This document shows, in pieces, positions 1 to 11,229 of a stretch of 64,000 nucleotides of DNA. The notes beneath the pieces were generated by a model. That model was not told where the DNA came from. It saw nothing but the letters and a program-made list of their open reading frames with translations, and searched no databases. Where the stretch lies: the NCBI GenBank assembly GCA_024679065.1, contig JAGIQG010000006.1, forward strand, positions 54,436,001 to 54,500,000. The letters are read 5' to 3'. Every line of letters begins with the position of its first letter. Position 1 is the first letter of the stretch. This DNA comes from Sphyrna mokarran (Eukaryota). The position numbers and the translations under genes were made by a program.

Positions 1-263
1 CATTTTTAAGTATAAAAGCAACCAAGAAAACTGCATATTGATTGCAATACTTCCATGAATATTAACAATTCCAGTGATTGCCACAGGGTTCTCATCTTAA
101 CCTCATTGGTGCACTTCAGGAAGCCTGGGAAATCTATGGATACAACGTTCTGTTAAAAACTGGATTGAAATATTGCTCCAGTTGTTCGATCAGCGTACGT
201 TAATACATAATCCTCCTCTCATTAGGGGGTCTTGCAAGCAGCCCAACATGCTCAAGCTAAATG
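1..263. repeat. Copy 1 of a recent direct duplication (runs off the window start)
   Basis: Matches 1213-1475 (offset 1212) with 7 substitutions, all transitions, in 263 bp. Confidence 0.95.
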
Positions 264-764
264 CTAAAGTTGGTGGCTTGGAGCCTGCTTCCTGATGCCC
301 TCATTATTAATGTCTTTAATTCCCAACTTCCGTTCAAATTCAAGTGATACTCTTAAGTTAAAATTCAAAATTAAAAATTAGAATTAAAATGCATGCAAGA
401 AAGAGTAACAGCATCACAGGGAGATGGATTGATAGATAGGGTAGAACTTCATGACTGTAAAGTTTCCATTTCTCAACTGTGCAGAGAGAGTGCAAAATTA
501 AATGGATGGAATGTCACTCCTTCAGATGTTGGCGCCCTCCCCTCAGGGACCTGGGAGCTCTGTCTCTCCCCCCACAAAACCTTAATGCTGATTTTTCAGA
601 GTTGAGCCAAAAAAGATTTTTAGAGAGCTCTTAGATTTTATCATCCGCTAGCTAGTCCAAAGTTTCACCATATTCCTGAATGTTAGAGTTATCTTGTAAA
701 ACCTCATAATTTAAGGTCAATTTAATTTATATATGCTCATAAAACACAGATATCAAAATATTGG

Positions 765-918
765 ACAACATTTAAGAATATTTAGATGAGCACTTGCGAT
801 ACCAAGGCATACGAGATGGGCGAATTGCTGGAAAATGGGATTGGAGTGGTTGGGTGTCTTTTTCCTTTGAAGAGATGTGGTGGGCCGAAGGGCTTTTTTC
901 TGTGCTGTATACTTCATA
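765..918 (+). mobile_element. CR1/HER1 LINE 3' end remnant
   Basis: CATTTAAGAATATTTAGATGAGCAC...GGGCCGAAGGGCTTTTTTCTGTGCTGTA, the CR1 ORF2 end and 3' terminal motif. Confidence 0.7.
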
Positions 919-951
919 CACACAGATTGCCCCCAGGTCCTTGGTACTTAC

Positions 952-1159
952 CTGAAGTGTGATCCCAGGATTTCGTCTCAGGCGTTGTGCTGCATTACCT
1001 CTTCTGACCATTGCAACAGTATGTTTGGAGGAGCTGGAGAGCTAACAGCTCCAAGAGTAGATTGAAGTCTGGTCTGCTGCCAATCAATGCGCACTTGAGT
1101 GTAAAATCCAAACTAATGCAGTTAAAGTACCACCCATCCTGCTGTGATTCCGGAAGCCT
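952..1159 (-). other. Candidate spliced exon (208 bp; non-coding, or 5'UTR plus first 20 codons)
   Basis: Minus-strand acceptor TTTTACATTTTAG| and donor CAG|GTAAGT. gcaATGg at 1011 gives MVRRGNAAQRLRRNPGITLQ ending at the donor in phase 0. All three full-exon frames contain stops. Confidence 0.35.
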
Positions 1160-1212
1160 CTAAAATGTAAAATGTACACTCATTGCCCAGGTGCCGTGAG
1201 CTCATTCATTCC

Positions 1213-1475
1213 CATTTTTAAGTATAAAAGCAACCAAGAAAACTGCATATTGATTGCAATACTTCCATGAATATTAACAATTCCAGTGATTGCCATAGGG
1301 TTCTCACCTTAATCTCATTGGTGCACTTCAGGAAGTCTGGGAAATCTATGGATACAATGCTCTGTTAAAAACTGGATTGAAATATTGCTCCAGTTGTTCG
1401 ATCAGCATACGTTAATACATAATCCTCCTCTCATTAGGGGGTCTTGCAAGCAGCCCAACATGCTCAAGCTAAATG
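1213..1475. repeat. Copy 2 of the direct duplication
   Basis: About 97% identical to 1-263; identity ends after CTCAAGCTAAATG. Confidence 0.95.
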
Positions 1476-3082
1476 ATCAGGCCTATCAGACTTAGCTGGA
1501 GTGCATTTCCCTCCGATTCTCAAAATAGCGGGCACTATGCGCTCGCCGTCCTGAAAGTTCCTGCCATAGTCTTGCTTACACCATTGAAGTATCATCTTAC
1601 CGCTATACACTCACACTGTATTGTTTCATATATATTTGTTACATGTGGGTAATTTTTTAAGCATAACATAATAGAGAAAAAAATATGGAAATCATAAGAC
1701 ATTTTTCATTCTCACTTACAAGCATGATGTGTTGTTGGGTCACCCTCTCCCTGGTGTTTAATGGATTTCTAGAAAGTATACATTATATGTTCACTGATAT
1801 ATATTGTAACATATGAAGAACATTCAATAAAAGGGAGTCATATGGTCAAAAAGCAAAGCTGCAGCTTAGCGAAGCCACACAAACACAATGGTATGACATG
1901 CGATTTATTCTAGTATTACAAAATAATAAACTATGTTTGTGTTTAAAGTTCAGTTTCCGTGCCACAGAGTAATTCCTTAATAGCGCTGTATCAATAGCAA
2001 TAGATTGCTATAGTGGACCTGTCAGCCCTGTGTAAATTCAGGCTGAGATGAAAGGCCACTTACTGCTGTGGCCTCTTTTTACTAACGTTCAACTGTGCAA
2101 TGGTGCTGTCAGTGAAACTTAATAAATTACTTTACTTGAAGAAGGTAACTATGGGAACAAATATTTTCAATGTCTCATACTATTCTATGTTGTGTTGTGT
2201 TATAAGTAATGGGTGAAATTTAGTTCCAGTGACACAGGTTCTCCCATTGCTTGGAAAACCAGTGTAAGCCTTGTATCTTTACTCTGTGCAAAGCCGGGTG
2301 CAGATTAAATGCACTCAGGCACATAACTGGCCAGCAACAGGCCTCTCATGTGATTTAGGTCCCCAAGGGCAGAAAGCCAGAGTCTGAAAGCTGTTTTCCT
2401 ATCAGAAGGTAACAGGTCTCTTTGTCAGTGGTAATGCTTCAAGTCCAACCTAGAAAATTGACACTGAATCCCTGGAGACATGTGAGTGTGGTGGTATGGA
2501 AACTGGTCAGAGGAGAATGCTGGACCAAGAGGATGGATGGAAGGATGTGGGGAGTGGTTTTCAGTAGCCTTTACTTCCCATTGCTGGGGTTCTTGTTTGG
2601 GTACTGAGTTTCAATCAATAAAACATTGCCCCGCACAACCCCCCCTCCCACCCTCAACAAGTCCACAGGAAAAAAGCAGGTAATGAATTGCTGAACAATT
2701 TTCAGGAGTAATGGGAGATCCATGCCGGTCCCACTTATAAACACAAAGTTCCAATAGTTCATGGATGAGTGGCTTTAAATAGTGTACTAATGAGCTTAAT
2801 TGGCATCCCATCACAAGCAGGTCGGATTATCATCCTTCCCATCCCCCAGATGGAGACAGTTCTCCTGATGCTGGGAATCAGGCTTGTTTACTCTTGTCCA
2901 ATTCCCCCGGCTTCTTCTTCCATCATGCGTGCTCCTGCACGACCCATGGAATTCAACTCAGTAACTCTACTTTTAAAATCTCTCATTAGAGCATTTCTTA
3001 CAGTTCAAAGGAACATGACCCCTCTGAAGTGGACTGACTTTGATGATGCTAGGCAGAAAATCTCTTCATATAATGAGGGAGG

Positions 3083-3970
3083 GGGGGGGATTCTCCAACC
3101 CCTTACACTGCTTCTATATGATATATGCAGACCCTAATATGAATCTTATTTAAATGCGGACACAGGATTGAAGTCTCTGGGCCTGCTAGCCTCTCCCTCA
3201 CCACCAGGAGTATTTCACTTCACTGGGGTTTAGTAGACCACCCCATTGTGGGGAGCCAAATCTGCCTGGATTAGAGGCGGGGGGGCAATCAGGGTTCCCC
3301 AGAACATTGGGCTGGGGGGAGTGGGTTCCCCCCTGGGCATTGCCACTTTGGCAGTGCCAGCCTGGGCCCCCAGTACTGTCCAAGGGAAACATGCCAAAAC
3401 CCAGGGGCCACATGGTACTGTCCATTGGGCATTGGGCAGTGCCATGAGGACAGGGCCTTCTGAGGGAAAGAACCTGATGGGGCAAGGCCTGCAGGGTCGA
3501 TCTGTGGAATGGAGAGTCCCGTGCCACCCTTTGTTTGGAGTGAGTGATAGAGGGAGAGAGGCCAACGATTGGAACTGGCCATCAGGTGAGGAGATTGTCA
3601 GCTTGGGGGGCTGGGGCTGCAGTGGGGAGATCGGGACTGTGGGGTTGAGGGTCTGGGCTGTATGGTGTGGGGGCGCAGTTGAAGTTGGCCCAGACACATC
3701 TGGGGGGGCCAGCGACCAGGCCGTGGGCGCATGTGCTAATCTCAGCACTGACAGATCAACACATGCGCAGTTGCCTGCTCAGTGCTATGCTGCCGGCCTT
3801 TCCAGCAGGAATAGGCCATGCCAACTAGTTTCTGAAGTGAATCATGCTAGTATACTCTGCAGTGCATAATGTGTGGGAGATTCATTTTGAAGATCCCGCT
3901 GAAAAGAACAGTGGGATTTACTTGTTTTTATGTGAATTTGACACTAGAATTTTATTGGGAGAATCATCCC
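3083..3970. mobile_element. GC-rich non-autonomous DNA transposon (MITE-like)
   Basis: Inverted termini GGG..GATTCTCC / GGAGAATCATCCC; internal GGCAGTGCC motifs; homologous in opposite orientation to 30410-31492. Confidence 0.65.
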
Positions 3971-4599
3971 CAATATCTCCCGTCAGAAACTAACAGCTTT
4001 TTTAGAGTATCTTTAATACAAATTTATTTCTTTAATATACTTTTGTTCATTACAACAACACCTTAGTGTGGACAGTGTCCAAATAAAGGAATTTTGATAT
4101 GTTCATGGATAGGCTGACTGTTTAAATTTGGGAAATTAGCAGATTGCAGCTGCAAAGACAATTCTAACTAATGTCTCAGCACTTAAAATTCATTTAAAAA
4201 TTGCTTTATTTTCCCCATATCGCAAATGATTCTTTAATGGGTCTGGCATACTGTAAAAATAATAGACTCACAATGCAGAGGAGCAGAATGCATCAGGAAG
4301 TTCTTATGCAATGAAAACAATTGGAGCAAAAAATTACAGGTTAAATTTTTCAAAAGATGTGAGTTGTGCCCCAGTACTGAGGGGACAGAACTTAAATATG
4401 CTTGTGAGTCCAACTGCAAAGAGCTCATGTGTTGTTTCGCAAGGGCACTCCAATTTCACAGTGCATTGGGAGATTACATTTTTCCCCCACCAACATCTGG
4501 ACCCCCTCTGCCCCATTACTGGCATGTTCCCTCACCCTACCCCAACATGGGTCATCGGTGTTGGTGCATTAGAGCCCTCGCAATGTGTCCCTTTGCCTG

Positions 4600-4935
4600 A
4601 TCATTGACCTGATCCCTCTATCATAATTTCCGAAATGCCCCCATTGATGATTCACTCCTCCACACTGCCCCTGCATAGCCTCTACTTCATAGCACACCCC
4701 CCATCATAGTCTCCACTCAGGCTTCTTTGTTATAGTTTTTTCGTTATGGCCCTCCTTAGCATTGCCTCCACTCAGGACCCCTGGCACAACCACCTTCAGT
4801 CTCTCCCATCATAGTTCTCACATAGGCATCACCATCATAGCCCTCCCAACACAGATCCCATCATCATAGTCCACTGGCAAAGTCCCCACTCAGGGCCCAT
4901 TCCCAATCAGGCGCCACCCCCACTCAGGCCTCATC
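4600..4935. repeat. Degenerate C-rich minisatellite
   Basis: CATCATAG and CCACTCAGG each recur 4 times at irregular spacing. Confidence 0.55.
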
Positions 4936-4939
4936 CCTT

Positions 4940-5407
4940 TGGCATTGATCTTGGCACACTAACAGCCCCCAATTAGAATAGTCAAAGTGTCCTGTTGACA
5001 GTGGCAGGGTGTCTCGTGGGCACTGCCAGTGTGCCAGGTGGGCAGTGCCAGGTAGGCAGTATCCAACGGGCACTCGACAGCCATGCCCCTGACACCTGAA
5101 GGCTTCAATGACCTCTGATTTGCCCTGGCCTGGCCATCATTCCTGGTTTCTGCTAGTAGAGACCAGTAGTGGTTCACATTGGTGTCAGCTCCTGCTGCAG
5201 AGTGGGGAACATTCCGGAATGGGGGGACAATCGCATGCCGAACTCACTGATGAGATTGAAATCCAGTCAATTTCAAGATAATCTGCCTTGAGCCCTTTCT
5301 GGGCATGATCCAATTTATTCTAGTAGAAAGGAGCTGGATGATTGCAAACTGTTTGGTGCTGCGCTCAGAACCAATTTTTAGGTGTGGTGAGATTGGAAGT
5401 CACCCCC
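4940..5407. mobile_element. Fragment of GC-rich MITE-like family
   Basis: Clustered GGCACTGCC/GGCAGTGCC motifs as in 3083-3970 and 30410-31492. Confidence 0.45.
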
Positions 5408-5501
5408 AAAGGCTAAGATTCTAGGTCTGAAAGCTGATATAATTTCTAGATCCATCGCAAGTGGAGAATATAGTATCCATCGTCTGCTAGCTGTATGCAA
5501 T

Positions 5502-5638
5502 GAACAAAGAACAAACAATGAAGAAAATTACAGCACAGGAGCAGTCCTTTTGGCTCTCCAAGCCTTCACCGACTGAACTAAAACCCCCTACTCTTCCGGG
5601 GACCATATCCCTCTATTCCCATCCTATTCATGTATTTA
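5502..5638 (-). mobile_element. CR1/HER1 3' end
   Basis: (GAACAAA)n-type tail followed by TACAGCACAGG..., the reverse complement of the CR1 3' terminus. Confidence 0.7.
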
Positions 5639-8474
5639 ACAACTGCAATGACTATGTGAAAATCTGATTATGTGGGATAATTTAAATTTATATACTCAAA
5701 CAATAAAGTGAATTGAAATATGCAGTGCTTTATTATAAAGGTGGTTTCTCACAGAATTGGCCACAGTACCAAGGCCCTCATTTTTCCATAAGACTTATTT
5801 TCTCCTTAAGTGAACTTAGTTAAACATTTTAAAGGCTATGAAAGAATGAGTAAACTTTCTTCTCATGAGTTAATATTTCCTTGACTTTGTGCAGATTTTC
5901 TTTTTAATTCCAGCTGACTGAGAGTTTAATTTAATTTGTTCTTCAAAAACAAGCTCAATGCTGGAGCAGCACCTTTTAAACCTACATTACCATTTGCTCA
6001 CTTCCTTTTGTTTAACGTAATACATATATAATGTATATAATATACGTATATATAATGGCAGCAGATGCAGTTGCCAGGTCCAACTTTTCATCCCTCATTA
6101 AACAATGTCAGCCTCTCATTAAACAATGTTGTGGGCATTTGGCAAGTAATGTAATCAGGATATAAAGAACACAATATGTTGTTAAGTGCATATTTTAAAT
6201 CGGGGAAATTGCCTTGCTGTGGTTAAAGGTGTGACTGATGAATGTTAATAATGATTGTGTATTTCAGTGTGCTGTGATTTACTAAGGTTCAAGTGCCATT
6301 CTTTGTTGCTTGACAAAGATTTCAAAGGAAGGTCAATGGTTCTGCTGAGAGATTATGACAGTTGAGTTATGGATTCAAACACTTCAGGCTTTTTACTACA
6401 AGCAGTAGAAATGAAATGGATCATGATTGATTGCCACTCAAGTCTAATATACATTTCTCTATTAGAAATATGCTATCCCTTAAACCATAAAAATTGGCAA
6501 ACTCAGGGCATCCATTGTTTATTTTTCTAAGATTCATCAGTCCAATGTGTATTGGCTATGGCCGCAATTCTAAACCCATTCCTTTTCCTGATTATGTAAA
6601 TATGTTTCCGGATGCTTTTCTTTGATAGAAATCATATATTTTATTGGAATTTAACTGAGCAAGGTTTATGTGATGACACCTGCTGTAAAGAATACTGTTT
6701 AAATTTTTCATTTAAACTACACAAGTGTAAGGGAATAGAATGGTACATTCTGATAGCGGAACATGAACCATTTTGTTAAAAAGTAAAAGCATTGATTAGC
6801 TTAGAAATACTGAAGAGCAGAAGTGCAAAATTTGAAATAAATCAGATATATATTGAATGTTCTAATTATGAGAAAACGCTGTGCACACCATAATATTCGA
6901 AGGAAGGTCATTTATTGCCAACCTTTCAATTTTGCAGTTGAATACATTAATAATTATTGAAGCAATGAATCAAACGTTTGAAGACATTGACCCATTATGG
7001 CACCATGCCTTGGTCATTTTGCACTGAGCATCTCTGATAGTACATTGTCGATGACACTGCAGATTAGCTCTGTAAGCCTATTTATACTGGAAATTTTCAG
7101 TGAAAGAATAAAATTTTAGTTTTGATGCTAACTTTATCATCCCTAAACCTGCAGACAAAATCCATAGTGGATTTTGATGGTGAAACACCAGGTTGATTTA
7201 AGTGCTACCTTATTACCTTTTCCACTGCAAATAGCGTTAAGCAAGCGAGTCAGTGAGGATTCATTTTGCTAAATGATATGGCTGTAGTCTCCTAGTTAGC
7301 AATAAAAAAAGCTACTAAAGGAATTGTAACAGTGAGGTGAAAAGGATTATGAGCAAGCAGTGGAAAATAATGCAGCCACAAATGTGCATTTAATTTTCAT
7401 GTATTTTAGTGAAGTGATGTATATACATCAAAATAATATACTTTATCAAGATGCATTTCAAAATGGTTGTTTACATATTTTCTGAATAGTTGATAATATG
7501 AGGTTCATCTAAAACATAAGTAGTTTTGTTGAATGACATTGCTCCTAATATGCAGTTATTGTGGATTGACAATTCAGAAGATATGTAGGTTATACAAATG
7601 AATAATTAAGGAAAAGGGAATGATCTGAAGATTTTCTGAGTTATTGTTTCCATTAGTGATGCAGGAAGCATTGACCAATGGTCCACATGTCTCCCAGGCG
7701 CGGCTGACGAGGTTGGATAATTGGTTTATCATCATTAGAGGCAGATGATGTCAAAGTAAAACCATATGGTGATAAATGAAAATGTCGAAGTTCAAGAAGC
7801 AAATGAGAACTCGTGAGAGCCAGTTTTCGTCTCTCAGCTTATCTGTCCCTTTGAATCTGGAGGAAACATTAATAATGAGAGGAGGGAAAGCTGAGAACGT
7901 AAATATTAAGCATGTCCATATGAATTAGAATTTATGTGAAAGGGACAAAGGTACAAAGATATAAATATGAAGATGCAAACAGTGGGTGACAGCTTGTGCT
8001 TCAAAAACTCGAGCAAACAGCAGAAGGTTGAAAGGTAACCTGTCTGGTGTGGCCTTACTGCGGCAAGAATGAGATAACAGAATTAGTGATAAGCTCAGAA
8101 GGATAATGATTAAGCTATGTCAAGGTAATGTGTGTAAATGGCTTTTGGGGTTATCCTTTTCAATGTGCTTTACTTCATTAATTAATTGCGTGAAGAAATT
8201 ACAGTATGTAGCTTATCTAGCTGATTATTTACATCTCTGTCAAAAAGATGACCAAGGTTAGGCAGTAGAAGTATTTCTAAGCGTGGCTGGCTCTTCCAAT
8301 AATGTCATTTTAAGGGTGGAGTGGACTGGTAATCCTAGTATAGAACATTTTCTAGTAGACCTTGTGTGTTTAATGCAGTAAAGAATTGTGCTGAGAAATT
8401 AATTATTTCATTACACAAAGACAGCATAGCGCTTTTCCTTTTTTAGTTTGAGTTCATCTGGGTCTCATTAAGAA

Positions 8475-8619
8475 GGATGTAGAGATGCCGGCGTTGGACT
8501 CGGGTAAACTCAGTAAGGGGTCTGACAACACCAATTTTAAATCCAACCGATTTATTTGATAGTAAACTTGCTAGCTTTCGGCCTTTGGTGCCTTTGTCAG
8601 GCGAATGAGGTGTTAAGAG
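8475..8619 (-). mobile_element. Solo Penelope-like terminus (family B) with decayed hammerhead
   Basis: 11-bp TSD CTCATTAAGAA (8464-8474, 8620-8630). Minus strand reads CTGACAA-A-GGCAccaaaGGCC-GAAA-GCTA. Homologous to 32020-32257. Confidence 0.85.
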
Positions 8620-8749
8620 CTCATTAAGAACACAGCTAATATTAAATACCAGGGTATTCCAAATCCCAGAAGGGAAATTTGGGATGGGATTTTCCAGTCG
8701 AGGTCCCCTCAAGACCAGAAATTGCCACTTAAGGTTAATGGACTTTTAA

Positions 8750-9320
8750 GAAGCTCTGAGGTTATAGAAGGCTCTGGTCAGACCCCATTTGGAGTATTGT
8801 AACCAGTTTTGGGCCTCGTATCTAAGGAAGGATATGCTGGCTTTGGAAAGGGTCCAGAGGAGGTTCACAAGAATGATCTCTGGAATGAAAGCTTGAATAT
8901 GAGGAATGGCTTATGATTCTGGAGTTTAGGAGGATATGGGGGGATCTTATTGAAAATTACAGGATACTGCGAGGCCTGGATAGAATGGACATGCAGTGGC
9001 TATTTCCACTCGTGGGAAAAATTAAAACCAGAGGGCACAGCGTCAGGCTAAAGGGATGATCCTTTAAAATGGAGATGAGGAGGAATTTTTCAGCCAGAGA
9101 GTAGTGAAACTGTGGAACTCTTTGCCATAGAAGGCTGTGGAGGCCAGGTCACTGAGTGTCTTTAAAATAGAAATAGATAGATTCTCGATTATTAAGGGGT
9201 TTAGGGTTATGGGGAAAAGGCAGGAGAATGGGGATGAGGAAAATGTCAGCTTTGATTGAATGGCGGAGCAAACTTGATGAGCTGAGTGGCCTAATTCTGC
9301 TCCTATGTCTTATGGTCTTA
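8750..9320 (+). mobile_element. 5'-truncated CR1 LINE (degenerate ORF2 C-terminus and 3' tail)
   Basis: Translates [35 protein letters not shown]; ends CCTAATTCTGCTCCTATGTCTTATGGTCTTA. Confidence 0.9.
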
Positions 9321-9610
9321 TAGCTGTGGACAGATGGATCTCAGCTATTGCCCTGGCACTCTATGCTAAAAAGGGCACAAGTAAATATGTCATGTTTTTA
9401 TTGTAAATGCCTGGCGTGATGTTATCATGATGTTAAATAGCCGTTCCAGCTGATCTGTTGTTAGATTCAGGAGTTTTGTTGCACATGTCCAAATGACACC
9501 TGTGCTGATCATTCCTGGCTGATCAGGTATTAAGTAGCACAAGAGTCTCCCATTTCAAAGGTCAGACACCAACCTGTAGGAGAGGTGTTCTTGACTGCTA
9601 TGTTATGTTA

Positions 9611-9730
9611 TGGAGATGCCGATGTTGGACTGGAGTGGGCACGGTAAGAAGTCTCACAATACCAAGTTAAGGTCCAACAGGTTTATTTGGTATCACAAGC
9701 TTTCAGAGCGCTGCTCCTTCATCAGATGAC
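9611..9730 (-). mobile_element. Penelope-like terminus (family A)
   Basis: Homologous to 13034-13165; contains a hammerhead motif. Confidence 0.85.
9692..9730 (-). ncRNA. Minimal type-I hammerhead ribozyme motif, core intact
   Basis: GUCAU-CUGAUGA-A-GGAGC AGC GCUCU-GAAA-GC-UU-GUGAU; stems I and II pair. Confidence 0.6.
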
Positions 9731-9895
9731 TTCTTACTATGACTTTTATTAGGCTGAGTTTGTGGGCATTCAGTATCATATTTTTGAAGGGGCTTTGGAG
9801 AATTAAAATTGAAGAGGACTTAGGATCTTAGCAGGATTTTCTAAACCCACCTACGGCAGGAAACATCATGATGAATTTGACGAATCAGCCAAAGA

Positions 9896-10115
9896 AAATA
9901 CGTTTTTATCCAGAGAGTGATGACAGCCTGGAATGCACTGCCCAGGAGGGTGGTAGAGGTGGAATGCCTCATAAGCTTTAAAAATAGTACTTCATAGACC
10001 ATAACATTCAGGGCTATGGGCTAATTACTGGCAAATGGGATTAGATGGGCAGGTCAGGGCCTTTCATGCATCAGTGCAGACTTGATGCACTGTAGGATTC
10101 AATGTTCTGTGATTC
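9896..10115 (+). mobile_element. CR1 3' fragment apparently inserted in a short MITE-like element (about 9830-10160)
   Basis: FFIQRVMTAWNALPRRVVE-like translation plus CR1 tail; flanks GGATTTT.../GGAAATCCCACCC. Confidence 0.75.
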
Positions 10116-10887
10116 ATTGATTTGGGATGGGAATTTTGGCGGAATCAGGAAATCCCACCCTTAGTTTCTGAGGTGCAAGCTCTGAGTACATCTTGATCTG
10201 CATGAGCATGAAATGGTTGCAGATCAATGAACCTCTGTGAGATGGGAGGAAGAGGACAGCTCCCCACAGAAAACCCTATCTATTAGGAGAATTTTGTGAC
10301 CACTTCCCTTAATTTCATCTGCAAGAGCAGTGCTTGAGGCAATAGGAGATTGTCACTGAAGTGTGTCACATCCTATCACCCAACTTGGAGACTCACACCA
10401 GCACAAGGACAGCCTTTCAAGTGGCATTCAACATTTGTGAGAACCTTGGAAACCTTAGTCCAGAATCTGTACACAGGTATCAGATGCATTCTTGGACAAA
10501 GGTAATTTTGGGCAGCAGATCTCTGGATTGAGCAATTCCCTTCAGGATTGCACTCTGCTCATCCCAAATGGGGATTGACTAGGAAAAATACCCGTGCCAC
10601 TTTCTTCTGCCTGGGAAACCATACCCTGCAGGATCATCTTCTTTGTGTCCAAGAAAGAAAATTTAAAATTTTGCAACTTGGAATATTAAAAGATTCATGG
10701 ATATTCTCAGAACTGACCATTCAGAAGGAAAATCTACAATGGAATTACTTGAGTTGTCAAGATTTACATGATGTTGCTACCCGCAGTGGGACCCATCTTC
10801 CTGGGGAGGGACAGCTGAAGGAAAAAGCATGGGATACATATTCGACCAGAAAAAAAATGATTGAAAACAATCTTTACGACTATAGAT

Positions 10888-11049
10888 AAAAGCAAAATGC
10901 TGCAGATGTTGGAGTAATCAAAACCAGAAAATGCTGGAAAATCTCAGGTCTGACAGTGTCTGTGGGGAGAGAATAGAGCCAATGTTTCATGTCTCTCCCC
11001 ACAGTTGCTGTCAGACCTGCTGAGATTTTCCAGCATTTTCTGTTTTTTT
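10888..11049. mobile_element. Palindromic mini-element made of two Penelope family-C termini
   Basis: CAGAAAATGCTGGAAAATCTCAG-GTCTGACAG..TGTGGGGAGAGA is inverted with TCTCTCCCCACAG..CTGTCAGACC..CTGAGATTTTCCAGCATTTTCTG; left arm matches 16520-16620. Confidence 0.8.
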
Positions 11050-11229
11050 ATGGCAATGGAGTTGGTTTTGCCAATGGAATAGGAATTTGGATTCCCGTTG
11101 AAATTCCTTAATTGTATAAATGAAACATGCATGACACATAACGCACAATTCAGCTGTAACTAATATGCCACTATTATTAGGACTTACGCCATGATCCTTG
11201 GTGTGTTAAAAACAAGTTCTGTTCTGATC

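Noticed and set aside
3198-3869. Overlapping long ORFs (207, 172, 109 aa)
   Set aside because: They lie in a GC-rich MITE-like repeat, open on both strands, with no domain signal.
7706-7740. CTGACGAG as a possible hammerhead core
   Set aside because: No stem II followed by GAAA.
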